From a virus (taxonomy: Duplodnaviria > Caudoviricetes): a DNA stretch of 54,702 nt. Made by a program: the position numbers and the translations under genes. The stretch covers positions 1 through 54,702 of the IMG/VR virus record IMGVR_UViG_3300030430_001000; one strand, given 5' to 3'. Below are positions 9,575-20,371 of this stretch, piece after piece; positions within the stretch are counted from its first letter, which is position 1, and each line of letters starts with the position of its first letter. The notes below the pieces were generated by a model. The model was not told where the DNA came from. It saw nothing but the letters and a program-made list of their open reading frames with translations, and searched no databases.

Positions 9575-9716
9575 CCTTGTGCTTGAAGTAGACGGAGAAG
9601 AATATCCGATTCCTGCAGACGGAATGGTACAAGAAGAGATTGAACAAAACATTGAAGATTGTATTTATGACATTGGTGGTTTAAAAATAAAATCTATTAA
9701 AACAAATATGGAGTGA
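9558..9716 (+). CDS. Small hypothetical protein (52 aa, not in ORF track)
   Basis: MRVRVNLVLEVDGEEYPIPADG...KTNME fills the gap between DUF3310 and RNR. Confidence 0.65.
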   Translation: MRVRVNLVLEVDGEEYPIPADGMVQEEIEQNIEDCIYDIGGLKIKSIKTNME

Positions 9717-11629
9717 TTGTAATGAATAGTAATATGTTGCCGACTGACTATCAAAATTTTATTGCTGTATCGAGATACGCTAGATGGTTAGAAAAAGAAA
9801 ACAGAAGAGAGACTTGGGAAGAAACTGTTTCACGTTATGTTGAATACATGCACAGTAAAATAAAGTTTTCTCCAAAGGATAAGCGTGATATTGAACAAGC
9901 TATACTTGGACTAGAAGTTATGCCTAGTATGAGAGCCTTGATGACTGCAGGTAAGGCACTTGATAGAGACAACACGGCAGGTTACAACTGTTCTTATATT
10001 CCTGTTGACGACGTAAAAGCATTTGACGAGACAATGTACGTGCTTTTATGTGGCACTGGTGTAGGTTTTTCTGTTGAACGTGACTACATAAATAAACTTC
10101 CAGAAATACCAGAAACACTTATTGAAAGTTCTACAAATATTGTTGTTGAAGACAGTAAAGAAGGCTGGGCTAAATCACTAAGAGCTTTAATAGCACTGCT
10201 TTATGCAGGAGAAATACCTACGTTTGACGTTAGTAAAGTCAGACCTGCAGGTGCAAGACTAAAAATATTTGGTGGTAGGGCTAGTGGTCCTGCTCCTCTG
10301 GTTGACTTGTTTAAATTTACAATTAATCTTTTCAAACACAACACAGGTAGAAAGCTGTCTAGTTATGACTGCCATAGTTTAATGTGTAAGATTGGTGAGA
10401 TTGTTGTTGTTGGTGGTGTAAGAAGAAGTGCTATGATAAGTCTTAGTAATCTATCAGACCTACGCATGAGACAAGCCAAGTCTGGTGAATGGTGGTCAAC
10501 TGCACCACACATGGCACTGTCAAACAACTCTGTATGTTACACAGATAAACCAGATGCTGAAACATTTATGCGAGAGTTTACTTCTTTGATTGAGTCTAAG
10601 TCAGGTGAGAGAGGTATATTTAATCGAGTGTCAGCACAGAAACAAGCAAAGAAAAACGGAAGACGAGAAGGAGACTTTGCTTTTGGTACAAATCCATGTT
10701 CAGAGATAATACTAAGACCTCATCAGTTCTGTAATCTTACTGAAGTTGTTATACGTGCTACAGACACAAAACAATCTTTAGCAAAAAAAGTAAGACTAGC
10801 TACGATATTAGGCACAGCACAGTCAACACTAACTAAGTTTCCATATCTCCGTAAAATATGGAAAAATAACACAGAAGAAGAGCGACTTTTAGGAGTGTCT
10901 CTTACTGGCATCATGGATAACGTATTAACAAACGGAAAGAATATTGAATTAAGAAGTTTATTAAACTATTTAAAACAACAAGCTGTTGCTACAAATAAAG
11001 AGTACGCAGAAAAATGGAATATACCACAGTCAACAGCTATCACATGTTGCAAACCATCAGGAACTGTATCACAGTTATGCGACAGTGCTAGTGGAATACA
11101 CGCACGACACAGTGAGTACTACATTAGAACTGTTAGAGGTGACAACAAAGACCCACTCACTCAGTTTATGATTGAGCAAGGCATACCTAACGAACCATGT
11201 GTTAATAAACCTAAAGACACGACTGTGTTTAGTTTTCCTTTTAAGTCTCCAGATGGTTGTGTTACACGTAACGACATGTCTGCTATAGACCAGTTAACAA
11301 TGTGGTTGATTTATCAACAAGAATGGTGTGAACACAAGCCAAGTTGTACTGTAACTGTTCGTGATAACGAGTGGGTTGAGGTAGCAGCTTTTGTTTATAA
11401 GTACTTTGACGAGATGTCAGGTGTGTCTTTTTTACCACACTTTGACCATGTATATCAACAAGCACCTTATCAAGAATGTACAAAAAAAGAGTACGACGAA
11501 ATGAAAAGAACTCAAAAAAATATAAATTGGAAAAAATTATCTGAATATGAAGGTGAAGATACAACTTCAGGTAGTCAAACACTAGCCTGTAGTGGTGACG
11601 TTTGTGAAGTTGTAGATATAGGAGCATAG
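9713..11629 (+). CDS. nrdJ: Class II (adenosylcobalamin-dependent) ribonucleotide reductase
   Basis: YNCSY, GTGVGFS, GGVRRSA, TNPCSEI, KPSGT motifs; C-terminal ACSGDVCE; no beta subunit gene; start probably 9722. Confidence 0.92.
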   Translation: MIVMNSNMLPTDYQNFIAVSRYARWLEKENRRETWEETVSRYVEYMHSKIKFSPKDKRDIEQAILGLEVMPSMRALMTAGKALDRDNTAGYNCSYIPVDDVKAFDETMYVLLCGTGVGFSVERDYINKLPEIPETLIESSTNIVVEDSKEGWAKSLRALIALLYAGEIPTFDVSKVRPAGARLKIFGGRASGPAPLVDLFKFTINLFKHNTGRKLSSYDCHSLMCKIGEIVVVGGVRRSAMISLSNLSDLRMRQAKSGEWWSTAPHMALSNNSVCYTDKPDAETFMREFTSLIESKSGERGIFNRVSAQKQAKKNGRREGDFAFGTNPCSEIILRPHQFCNLTEVVIRATDTKQSLAKKVRLATILGTAQSTLTKFPYLRKIWKNNTEEERLLGVSLTGIMDNVLTNGKNIELRSLLNYLKQQAVATNKEYAEKWNIPQSTAITCCKPSGTVSQLCDSASGIHARHSEYYIRTVRGDNKDPLTQFMIEQGIPNEPCVNKPKDTTVFSFPFKSPDGCVTRNDMSAIDQLTMWLIYQQEWCEHKPSCTVTVRDNEWVEVAAFVYKYFDEMSGVSFLPHFDHVYQQAPYQECTKKEYDEMKRTQKNINWKKLSEYEGEDTTSGSQTLACSGDVCEVVDIGA

Positions 11630-11631
11630 CA

Positions 11632-11856
11632 GTGAGAACAAATAAGAGAAGAGGCAGACTTGGAAAGTATGATGCACCTCTAGTGATACAGTATCAAAGA
11701 GGTGTTGACGACTTTTACAAGGGTAGAGTCTCCAATCCTTTTCATAAAGACACAATGCAGTTTAGAGAGTGGGAGCGTGGCTTTAACAAAGGATACTTTG
11801 AAAGACTAAGAAAGGTTAAACGATATGAGCAGGGCAGGTTTAACAAAACAGCATGA
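11632..11856 (+). CDS. Hypothetical protein
   Basis: GTG start with RBS; NPF...REWERGFNKGY. Confidence 0.65.
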   Translation: MRTNKRRGRLGKYDAPLVIQYQRGVDDFYKGRVSNPFHKDTMQFREWERGFNKGYFERLRKVKRYEQGRFNKTA

Positions 11857-12235
11857 AAAAAAATTACAAGACGAAGTATATCAATGGTTAGAAAAAAAGT
11901 ATAATACAATGACATTTAATGAATATCAAAAGACAGCAATAACAACTGCTGTGTATCCACCCCAACATAGAATTTTATATCCTGCACTTGGACTGTCTGG
12001 AGAAGCAGGTGAAGTAGCAAACAAAGTTAAAAAGGTTGTAAGAGATGGCACAGGAAGTATGCCTGATGATTGGAAGGAACAGATTGGGAGTGAAATAGGC
12101 GACGTACTTTGGTACTGTGCTACACTTGCAAATGATTTAGGTTTATCGTTGAGTAGCATAGCTGAACAAAATCAAAAGAAACTACAAAGAAGAAAAGAAA
12201 AAGGCACAATACACGGCAGTGGTGACAGTCGCTAA
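11825..12235 (+). CDS. mazG: MazG-like nucleotide pyrophosphohydrolase
   Basis: LGLSGEAGEVANKVKK...EIGDVLWY...GSGDSR signature. Confidence 0.9.
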   Translation: MSRAGLTKQHEKKLQDEVYQWLEKKYNTMTFNEYQKTAITTAVYPPQHRILYPALGLSGEAGEVANKVKKVVRDGTGSMPDDWKEQIGSEIGDVLWYCATLANDLGLSLSSIAEQNQKKLQRRKEKGTIHGSGDSR

Positions 12236-15200
12236 TTATTTTATTTTTTGTTTAACATTTTCTGTTATGGCATATAACGTATTTAAATCTTCTTTGTTAG
12301 TTAAATCAGGTTTCTTACCTTTATTAGCAACAAATTCAGTTAGAGCTAAAGACCTTTGTCTTTTATTTAACTTTCTAAAATTGTAAATTACCAAAAAAGA
12401 CTCTGGATTTTCACTTACAAAAGCACCTATCCTCTTTCTTGTTGGACTTATATTTTTTTTAATTTGTGAAATTGTTTGTTCAACTTGTGCTCTTGCTATT
12501 TTTGAAGTGTACGCTTTTTCTGTATAGACTCTTCTAAGATTTTCATTTTCATTATATTTTTTTCTAGCATCTCTTTCTGCACTTTTAGCTGTTTCAGCTA
12601 TAAGAGGAATGGATTGTTTTATAATTTTATTTTCAAAGTTTCTTATACTAGGCACTTTAGAATTACTGCCGATTCTAAAATTTTTAAATCCTAAACCCTC
12701 TAAGTACTCTCCGTCTTCACTATCTTTTTCTGCTACGTTTAAACCAAATAATTTAAAAAAAGGAGAACCTCTTTCTCTTGCTTCACCCTCTGCAAATACG
12801 TCTTGTCTTATTGGATTTTTTTCTGCTGTTTCTTTTTCACTTTCAAACAACTCTAAAAAACCTCTTGCTTTAAATGGTTTTGCAACGCTGTCATAAAAAG
12901 TTTCCATAGCGTCAAGTGTAGGGTCATTTCTAGTTTCTCTATACTCATCTCCAACTACACCAAAACCTCTAGCTACATCAACAACCTGACCTATTGGCAC
13001 TGCCCATGAAGATAAGTACTGACCAACAGCATTTCCTGCAGCTTTAGCTAATCTTTCGTCTGATATTAAGTCACCTTGACCAGAAAATAATTGTGCTATG
13101 TCTACTAACCCATCAATAATGCTAAGACCTACACCTGTTCTAACATTAGTTCCTAAAAAAGTTTCAACAAAATCTCTTGAGTTCCATCTTTCTGACCAAA
13201 AACCAAGTCCACCTTCATATATATTTTTTGCATTTTCTCCAAACCAAAGTAATTGTCTTAGTGGAAATTGTGGAGTTATATCTGCTTCCATAGTTTCGCC
13301 AACAGGTACTTTTTTATAGTCTGATGGTGCGTCAGCACTTGCTCTCCATTGAAAGGCAGCCATTCCTGCTGCGATACCAACAAAGTTTCTGCCTATTAGT
13401 TCCCTTTCTCTAGCCGTAAATCCTTTTCTTGCATCTATATCTTTTGTTTGTTCTAGCTCTAATCTTTCAACTATCTTCTGGTCTTTCTTTGTTTTTAAGT
13501 CTGGAACTTTTCCGTATTTTTTAAAGTATAGTTCTTCGCCTGTCCTACGTTTAGTTAAAGCGTCTGTTATTTTTCTTGTTAAAGGCAATGAAGCACCTGC
13601 ACCATATTGAGCCATTAACTCTATTGAATTAAACATAAAACGTGGGAAAGGTATAATTACAGTTAAACCATTTCTAGTAATAAAATTAGTGATTTGTCTG
13701 AAAGGTGTAAACTCAGGTTGTTTAGCGTAGGTTACGTCAAGTGATTTTTTAATTGCCTTTTCCATAATCTCTTCAAAACTATCAACCTTATCACCCTTTG
13801 TTCTAAACGACGGCGAGTTGTTTATTAACTTTAGCACGTTACCCTTTTTAAGTTCTTTAAATAAATCTACGTTCCATTGTTGATACAGTAATCTTTCTAA
13901 CTCACCAAAGAAAACACCTCTACGTACTGTAAATTCTTGCAGTCTATTTGGTGTATTTAACAAGTCAACAATATCTTCAGCAGTTGATAGTGTTTTTTCT
14001 AGTGCTCCTCTACTTGGGTCGTCACTACTTAGCCTTCCTCCTCTTCTTCTTATTTCATTTATTTGACCTAACAAGTCGTCTTCAAATTTTTTCATGCCTT
14101 CTTGATTAAATAATAAATCAGAAAATTGTTTAATGGAATAAGGATTTCTAAAAATATATTTCATTTGATTCATACTATTTTTAAAAGCTCTTCCACTTAC
14201 CAACTGTTTAGCACCAGACTGAAAACCATTTTCTGATATTTCTAATAGAACACTGTCCATTATATTTCCTATACCCTCTAATGGTACTCTAAATCCAGCA
14301 GAGCTAAAATTTCTTACGGCTGTAGGTATAGAAGAAACCATTATACCTCTTCTTAAATTTTCAATTCGTAAAAAAACTTCTTTAATTTTAGTTTGATTTT
14401 TTAGTATAGCTTCGGATTGTTTTCTTGACTTTAAATTTTTTGGTCTCATTCCTTCAATGTCTCTAAATTTTCTTAATAGCTTACCTGCATCTGAACCTAT
14501 ACCAACTGTGGCTAATATTAAATTTTCAAAAGTTAAACCTGTCTTTGTTAAAACGTCTAAAAGTTGTTCATCTTTTAATAACATTTCTTTTCCTTCAGGT
14601 CTAATAGCCACATTAAATATATTGTCTATTGTTCTTTTACCTTTAGAAAAGAATTTTTTTGTTTCTTTATTTTGTGCAAGTTCTGTAACTGTAGCCACAA
14701 CTTTATCAAGTAAATCTTCTCTTAGAAATGGTGTTAAAAACTCTTCTTGTGCAAACTCTATACCTGCTATGCCTTCATCAATTAATTCTCTTTGGCTTTG
14801 AGCAAACGATACAGGCTCTCCTTTTTCAGTTACAAATGTCTTTTTATCTTTTGCAACTTCTGTTAATGTTTCCTCTCTATACAATCTGATAAGTTTGTTA
14901 TCTATAAGTCCATCTTTATCTGATATTTTTTTACCTGAATTTTTTTCAAAAGATTTTACTAATTCTTTTTCTACTTCTTTACCTAACTTTGAAGCTCGTA
15001 AACTTTTTGTAAGTTCGTCTTGTTCTCTTTTTACTCTTCCTGTAGCTTCTACTGCCTCTTTGTAATTTAATTTTTTTTCTGCGTCTTTACGTGCGTCAGT
15101 AGAATTTTTTAATTTTTCTAAACCTGATAGTTTAAAGTCATTACCTTTAGGACCTTTAGTTATATTTTTATCTATAAATTCTTTAGTTTCTAAATCGTTT

Positions 15201-16156
15201 TTAGCTATTTGTTTTTTTGTTTCTTCGCTAACTTCACCCTTGACTGTAATTTCTTCTTTAGCTTTTCTTATAGTTTTTAAATTTCTTACTCCTTTTATGA
15301 GTAGTTCTAAAGCACCAGTTATTATTGCACCCTCTCCTGCGTTTCTCATTCTGTTTGCAAATTCAGAGTCGCTTTGGTCTGTCGCTAGATAATCTGTTAC
15401 TATATTTGTAGACCAGCCATTTGCTTTTAACACAGCAGATATGTTATCTTCATAGGGGTCAAACGCAATAGCGTCAGTTATTGAACCTCTAACCATTGTA
15501 TTTAAAATTTTATTTGTTGTAGAGGCTGTTTGTGCTAATTTTATAGGTGCTGTAAATATAAAACCAGTACCAAATTGAGCTATGGCACTGACTAAACTTC
15601 CTGTTGTTGATTCAAACTCGTCATTAATAACGTCTAAATTTTTTAAACCTAGTGAAACAGAATCTTTAGTTTTAAGTTTGCCGTCAGCAATGTATTTTTC
15701 TACTTGTTCTCTTGGTATATATTTAAAACTTTCACCATTTCCCCATATAAACCTACCTACATTTAATTTTTTTTCTAAGAAGTTAGTTATACTACCATAC
15801 GTAGAACCTATCTCATTAACAGCTCTTTCAGCACCAGCAGGTACGGCTTTTAAAATATCTTTAGACGTAGCAAAATCTTTTACGTCATTTAATATACTTC
15901 CAAATGTAGATTGATTTTCTTGTTCTTCTTCTGTTAATTCATTAGGGTTTATTTCTTCTGCTACTGAGTTAAACTGTTCTTGAATAACAGGACTAACATC
16001 TTCTTCTATTTTTTCAACAACATTAGAATAATACTTTTCTTCTTCTGTTAGTTTATCAGGTTTTATTAAGTTATTTACTTGAATATTTTTTGAACCTTCT
16101 TCTTCTTTTATTTTTTCAACAAAATTAGAATAATACTCTTCTTCTTCTTTATCCAT
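12236..16156 (-). CDS. Large internal virion/ejection protein (putative)
   Basis: 1306 aa helical protein at the end of the late arm; function inferred from podovirus gene order. Confidence 0.6.
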   Translation of the reverse strand: MDKEEEEYYSNFVEKIKEEEGSKNIQVNNLIKPDKLTEEEKYYSNVVEKIEEDVSPVIQEQFNSVAEEINPNELTEEEQENQSTFGSILNDVKDFATSKDILKAVPAGAERAVNEIGSTYGSITNFLEKKLNVGRFIWGNGESFKYIPREQVEKYIADGKLKTKDSVSLGLKNLDVINDEFESTTGSLVSAIAQFGTGFIFTAPIKLAQTASTTNKILNTMVRGSITDAIAFDPYEDNISAVLKANGWSTNIVTDYLATDQSDSEFANRMRNAGEGAIITGALELLIKGVRNLKTIRKAKEEITVKGEVSEETKKQIAKNDLETKEFIDKNITKGPKGNDFKLSGLEKLKNSTDARKDAEKKLNYKEAVEATGRVKREQDELTKSLRASKLGKEVEKELVKSFEKNSGKKISDKDGLIDNKLIRLYREETLTEVAKDKKTFVTEKGEPVSFAQSQRELIDEGIAGIEFAQEEFLTPFLREDLLDKVVATVTELAQNKETKKFFSKGKRTIDNIFNVAIRPEGKEMLLKDEQLLDVLTKTGLTFENLILATVGIGSDAGKLLRKFRDIEGMRPKNLKSRKQSEAILKNQTKIKEVFLRIENLRRGIMVSSIPTAVRNFSSAGFRVPLEGIGNIMDSVLLEISENGFQSGAKQLVSGRAFKNSMNQMKYIFRNPYSIKQFSDLLFNQEGMKKFEDDLLGQINEIRRRGGRLSSDDPSRGALEKTLSTAEDIVDLLNTPNRLQEFTVRRGVFFGELERLLYQQWNVDLFKELKKGNVLKLINNSPSFRTKGDKVDSFEEIMEKAIKKSLDVTYAKQPEFTPFRQITNFITRNGLTVIIPFPRFMFNSIELMAQYGAGASLPLTRKITDALTKRRTGEELYFKKYGKVPDLKTKKDQKIVERLELEQTKDIDARKGFTARERELIGRNFVGIAAGMAAFQWRASADAPSDYKKVPVGETMEADITPQFPLRQLLWFGENAKNIYEGGLGFWSERWNSRDFVETFLGTNVRTGVGLSIIDGLVDIAQLFSGQGDLISDERLAKAAGNAVGQYLSSWAVPIGQVVDVARGFGVVGDEYRETRNDPTLDAMETFYDSVAKPFKARGFLELFESEKETAEKNPIRQDVFAEGEARERGSPFFKLFGLNVAEKDSEDGEYLEGLGFKNFRIGSNSKVPSIRNFENKIIKQSIPLIAETAKSAERDARKKYNENENLRRVYTEKAYTSKIARAQVEQTISQIKKNISPTRKRIGAFVSENPESFLVIYNFRKLNKRQRSLALTEFVANKGKKPDLTNKEDLNTLYAITENVKQKIK

Positions 16157-16185
16157 TTGAAACCCCTAATTTTTAATTAATTATT

Positions 16186-17307
16186 TTAATTTTGTCTTTT
16201 TTGCAATATTGGCACATATTTATTTCCATCTTGTTTAAAAGTGTTATCTACACTTCCACCCCAAATATAAGTAAGCATACTATCTTCACCAAGAACTTTA
16301 AAACGAAATTTAATTATTGTTCCTTCTTTATACTCGTCATATAATTTTTTATTATTAATTGCGTGTTGATAAGGACTTATAAATGTATCACTAATATTTT
16401 CTTTTATGATTGGTTCTTTAACTATATTTGTATTATTTATATTATCATCAAAATATTTTTGCACCTGTATATTTATATTCTCTTTAATAACGCTTTGTGC
16501 TTTTAAAATAGCTGGGTCTTTTCCATATGCTTGACCTTGATGAAATCTTTCAAGTCTATCATAAGTATTTTGTAGAGCAAATAGCGTTCCTTTATTTTCA
16601 TCACCTTCTAAAGATTTTAAAATATTTGGTAGATTTCCAGAACTTATATCAAATTCTTCAGGCAATGATATAACACCTTGTAACATATTTGTAAACTGTG
16701 AATTAACAATTTTGTTTAATTTGTCTTGTCTTTCTGCACTCGCTGGTGTAAAAAATATTTCTTTTTCTAATTTAAAATTATTTAGTCTTAAAATTTCATT
16801 GCTAATTTCTTGTTTCTCTTCTTTACTTTTTGCGTTGAGATATGCAATATCCAATGTATCTAATTGGTCATCAATACTTTCATCATCTACTTTCGCAGGA
16901 ACAGGATTAAAACTTGCTACCGAAAGATTGTTAGGTCCGGGTGCTCCATTGTTATCTATAGTAAAAAATGTTTCAGGTAAAATAGATTCATCTACTGACC
17001 TTTCTATTATGTTTTCTCTAAGTTGTTCAGGCAGATTTAACATTGCCTCTGCATATAGTTTTGAATTTACAGCACCAGCACCTTTAAATAGTGTTAGATA
17101 TGAATTAAATTCTTTTTCTTTTTCTTTAAGATTTTCTTCTTCTTTTTTTTCTAATTCAAGTTCCAACTTATCTTTAAATAGTTCCAGATTCATGGACTGT
17201 TGCAAAGCCATTGCTTTTTTTCTTGCTTCCTCTTCATTTCTTTCTTCTGCACGAGCCGTTGCACCTCTTGCAAGACCTGCGAATACTGCGAGTACTGGAC
17301 TAACCAT
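16186..17307 (-). CDS. Putative internal virion protein
   Basis: 373 aa, amphipathic N-terminus plus coiled coil; position. Confidence 0.55.
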   Translation of the reverse strand: MVSPVLAVFAGLARGATARAEERNEEEARKKAMALQQSMNLELFKDKLELELEKKEEENLKEKEKEFNSYLTLFKGAGAVNSKLYAEAMLNLPEQLRENIIERSVDESILPETFFTIDNNGAPGPNNLSVASFNPVPAKVDDESIDDQLDTLDIAYLNAKSKEEKQEISNEILRLNNFKLEKEIFFTPASAERQDKLNKIVNSQFTNMLQGVISLPEEFDISSGNLPNILKSLEGDENKGTLFALQNTYDRLERFHQGQAYGKDPAILKAQSVIKENINIQVQKYFDDNINNTNIVKEPIIKENISDTFISPYQHAINNKKLYDEYKEGTIIKFRFKVLGEDSMLTYIWGGSVDNTFKQDGNKYVPILQKRQN

Positions 17308-17310
17308 TTG

Positions 17311-17847
17311 TTACATCTCCATTTGTTCTGTTATAGTTTTTCTAGCCATTAAACCTTTTGGCTGTTCTATTTCTCTATTTATTTCTAATGTTTCTTTTAC
17401 TTCTTCATTTTCTTTACTAGGCTTTTTTACTTCTTTTCTAAAATTATCAATTACTTTTTTAGTTAAAGCAGCATCAGAAATAGTATTGTCAAATGTTTCT
17501 TCAAATCCTGTAACGTATGTAATTTTATTTACGTCACCTATATACATAACCATCTCAGCTAACACAGGCAATACTAAATATCCCAAGTCAATACTGTGTA
17601 AACCTTGATATATAGACTGGTCTATAAGACTTTGTGCAATAGACCTAACACTAATATTTGAATCTAACAAACTAGAGATGTCTTTTTTTACTTGTTGCGT
17701 TGACATTTTTTCTGTGTAGTACAGTACAGCTTCATCAACACTCACTAGCTCTGGAGGTCTTTGCCAAGCAAACTTGCCAAGTTCATCTGTAAGACCCTCT
17801 CCGGGTATAGGAATTGAGTTTAACATTTTTTGTATACTATTTACCAT
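17311..17847 (-). CDS. Hypothetical virion-associated protein
   Basis: PIPGEGLT...WQRPP motif, C-terminal KGLMARK; start likely 17847 (track gives 17892). Confidence 0.6.
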   Translation of the reverse strand: MVNSIQKMLNSIPIPGEGLTDELGKFAWQRPPELVSVDEAVLYYTEKMSTQQVKKDISSLLDSNISVRSIAQSLIDQSIYQGLHSIDLGYLVLPVLAEMVMYIGDVNKITYVTGFEETFDNTISDAALTKKVIDNFRKEVKKPSKENEEVKETLEINREIEQPKGLMARKTITEQMEM

Positions 17848-18073
17848 TTGATAATTCCTCACGTAATTTTCTAAATTGTTTAACGTATTCAACTACTTTC
17901 ATTAATGGTGTATTTTCAGAGTCGTCAATAATATTTTTATCAACACCACGACTAGTTCTATTTAACAGTCCTTTTGTTTCAGGTTCTGAAGCAGTAGTTT
18001 CTTTTGACATTTTAATAATTTTATTCACAGTGCTCACTGCTTTTCTAGCGTACTTTTCTTTTTTACTTGACAT
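17837..18073 (-). CDS. Hypothetical protein
   Basis: AGGAG RBS; KGLL motif; in the late operon. Confidence 0.6.
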   Translation of the reverse strand: MSSKKEKYARKAVSTVNKIIKMSKETTASEPETKGLLNRTSRGVDKNIIDDSENTPLMKVVEYVKQFRKLREELSNGK

Positions 18074-18089
18074 TTATTTTTCTCCTAGA

Positions 18090-20135
18090 TTATGAAAGTA
18101 TGTAACCAGCTGCTTGTGCAATATCCCCAAGAAAACTACTATTAGCTTGGTCACTTGCTATTTCTTTTTGACCTTCATTTATAAACTTTTGTAATTCTAA
18201 TCTATTTGCAGCGTCTGCAGCATTTTCTTGTGTTTCATGCACTCTTGCATTTTCATCTGCGTACTCTTGCCATAAGAACGAAAGCATTTGTGTTTGTAAT
18301 CCAAGCATGTTTTGTACATTTATTTCATTAGCTCTATTTATTGCAGCGTTATCTGCCGTAGCTATCTGTCTTCTCCATTGTGCATTTGACTGTGCTACAA
18401 CTAATTCATTTTGTGCATTAAATTGGTCTCTTTGATTTTCTATTTGTGTATTAAATTGACTAATAGCGTTTTCTTGACCTCTGTTAAACTGTTCCATTGC
18501 ATTTTTTTGTGCCGAATTAAATTGATTAACTTGAGTTTTTAAACTTTCAAAAAATTGATTAACTTGATTTTCGCTTTGTGCATTAAACTGTAGTGCTGCA
18601 TTTTCTGCAGACTGGTCAGACAATAAAGCATTTGCTCTTGTCTGTGCTTTAAATAATTCTATCTGTTGGTCTGAACTAAATTTTGTCATGTCTATTTGTA
18701 AAAAGTTTTGTGCGTTCATAACCTGTGCTTGTTGTCTGTTATTTAAATTAGCCATATCTAAATTAGCTAAAGCACTAGCCTCTGCCAATACGAGTGACTG
18801 TGCATTAGATAAATTTTGTAAATTCATAGTGTTTACAAGTCTACTATTTTCTAAAGCTATCTGTTGGTCTGCACTAAACTGCATATTTGCTATGTTTTCT
18901 ACTTTTGCTGCGTTAATAACTCTTGCCTGAAAAGCTTGGTCAAACTCTATTTGCATAAATTTAGCACGTTGTTCTGCCTTTACTAAAGCCATCTGTTGTT
19001 TATTCCCAGCTTCTATTTGTGCTATAGGCAATGACGCTTCCATTGCAGCCTGTACGATAGCTTGTCCTGCCATAGAGGAAGCTCCTAGTCCTCTTGCTGA
19101 CATCAAAGCTGTAGCTTTACGCATAGCACCTGCTGCCCATGAAGGTGTAGCACCACCCTCAAAATCTTGCATTAGTGTAGTAAGCTCATCTTTTATTGAC
19201 GCTGCTTGAACTTCTCCTGTACCAAAAGCCTGACCCACTCTTGTCTGGTCAACAACAGGTGTTTCGTCAACCATTTCACCTGCTGTTATAGTACGAGTTG
19301 GTGCGTCTTGTATTTTTTGTGCCTCTCCTTTTATGGCGTTTAAACCTGACACAGCACTAGTAAGTTGTTGTTCTGCTTTTACTTTAGCTTCTTCAGATAA
19401 AGTTAAATCTCCTTTGTTTATGTCGTCTAATAAATTTTTAATGCCTGTTTCTACTTTGTTTAAATCGTCAGTAATATCTATTGTTTTAGCTTGTGCTGCA
19501 GCAGACGTAGCGTCAGGCACAGTAGTTGTAGTAGCCGTTCCTGTTTTAGCTACTGCTGTAGGGTCGGTAGAACTTACTTGACCTGTGCTCTTGTCTATAA
19601 GTTGTTCAGGGTCTGCTTGTTCAGACAATAAACTGGGTGTAACTGTTGGAACTTTACCTTCTGCTAAACTTTCTGTTGTTTTTTTAATACCATCAGTTAA
19701 GTCAACTTCTGTATCAAAAGTTTGTAAATTTGTTTTGTCACCCACAGGCAAATTAGGCGTTGGGGTGGGTGTTGGAGTGGGTGTTGAAGCTGGTCGATAT
19801 TGTGGGAAAGCTTTATAAAAATTTTCTATAGCTTGTGTTGCGTCCATTTGATATACAGGTTGATTAGTCTGTCCAGTCTCTTGTCTATCTATAGCTGCTT
19901 GACCTACACCTTGAGCCATTTGCAGTGCTCTTCTTTGTTCTTCTGACATTACGTCAGTTCCCTGTTGTGCTTTTAGTACCATGCCTCCTGCGTACATTTT
20001 ATATCGTTCCATAAGAACCTGTTTAGATGGGTCACTCGCAAGAAACTCATTAAACTTTCCCATGCTACCAGTATAACCCATAGAACGAGCTATTCTTTCT
20101 CTTGCCTCTGGTTTAAAATCTATTTGTACTGCCAT
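18090..20135 (-). CDS. Putative internal virion/DNA ejection protein
   Basis: Gln/Asn/Ala-rich QFNA repeats typical of pilot/ejection proteins; PTPTP linker. Confidence 0.65.
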   Translation of the reverse strand: MAVQIDFKPEARERIARSMGYTGSMGKFNEFLASDPSKQVLMERYKMYAGGMVLKAQQGTDVMSEEQRRALQMAQGVGQAAIDRQETGQTNQPVYQMDATQAIENFYKAFPQYRPASTPTPTPTPTPNLPVGDKTNLQTFDTEVDLTDGIKKTTESLAEGKVPTVTPSLLSEQADPEQLIDKSTGQVSSTDPTAVAKTGTATTTTVPDATSAAAQAKTIDITDDLNKVETGIKNLLDDINKGDLTLSEEAKVKAEQQLTSAVSGLNAIKGEAQKIQDAPTRTITAGEMVDETPVVDQTRVGQAFGTGEVQAASIKDELTTLMQDFEGGATPSWAAGAMRKATALMSARGLGASSMAGQAIVQAAMEASLPIAQIEAGNKQQMALVKAEQRAKFMQIEFDQAFQARVINAAKVENIANMQFSADQQIALENSRLVNTMNLQNLSNAQSLVLAEASALANLDMANLNNRQQAQVMNAQNFLQIDMTKFSSDQQIELFKAQTRANALLSDQSAENAALQFNAQSENQVNQFFESLKTQVNQFNSAQKNAMEQFNRGQENAISQFNTQIENQRDQFNAQNELVVAQSNAQWRRQIATADNAAINRANEINVQNMLGLQTQMLSFLWQEYADENARVHETQENAADAANRLELQKFINEGQKEIASDQANSSFLGDIAQAAGYILS

Positions 20136-20138
20136 TGT

Positions 20139-20369
20139 TTAGTCCTTACTTAACACTCTATCTAATTTGTCTTCGACTCTATGCAAAGCGTCTACTACAA
20201 CTTTCATATCGTCACGCATTTCACTTCTTGTTACATAGTCTTCTCTTGTCCTGTTTAGTAAAATGTCAATGCGTTTAACTTCATTTAATAAATTACGAAA
20301 TGCCCAAAACGCTGGTGCTATTACTATAGTTAATATTACGTTCCAAAATAATATAGGATTTATTTCCAT
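20139..20369 (-). CDS. Small membrane-anchored coiled-coil protein
   Basis: N-terminal TM segment plus LLNRTREDY...EDKLD. Confidence 0.65.
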   Translation of the reverse strand: MEINPILFWNVILTIVIAPAFWAFRNLLNEVKRIDILLNRTREDYVTRSEMRDDMKVVVDALHRVEDKLDRVLSKD

Positions 20370-20371
20370 TG

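Noticed and set aside
16712-17608. 298-aa + strand ORF and other long antisense ORFs (e.g. 27256-27801, 29154-29639, 35619-36077)
   Set aside because: They are shadows of genuine opposite-strand genes, with Ser/Phe/Leu-biased composition and no RBS
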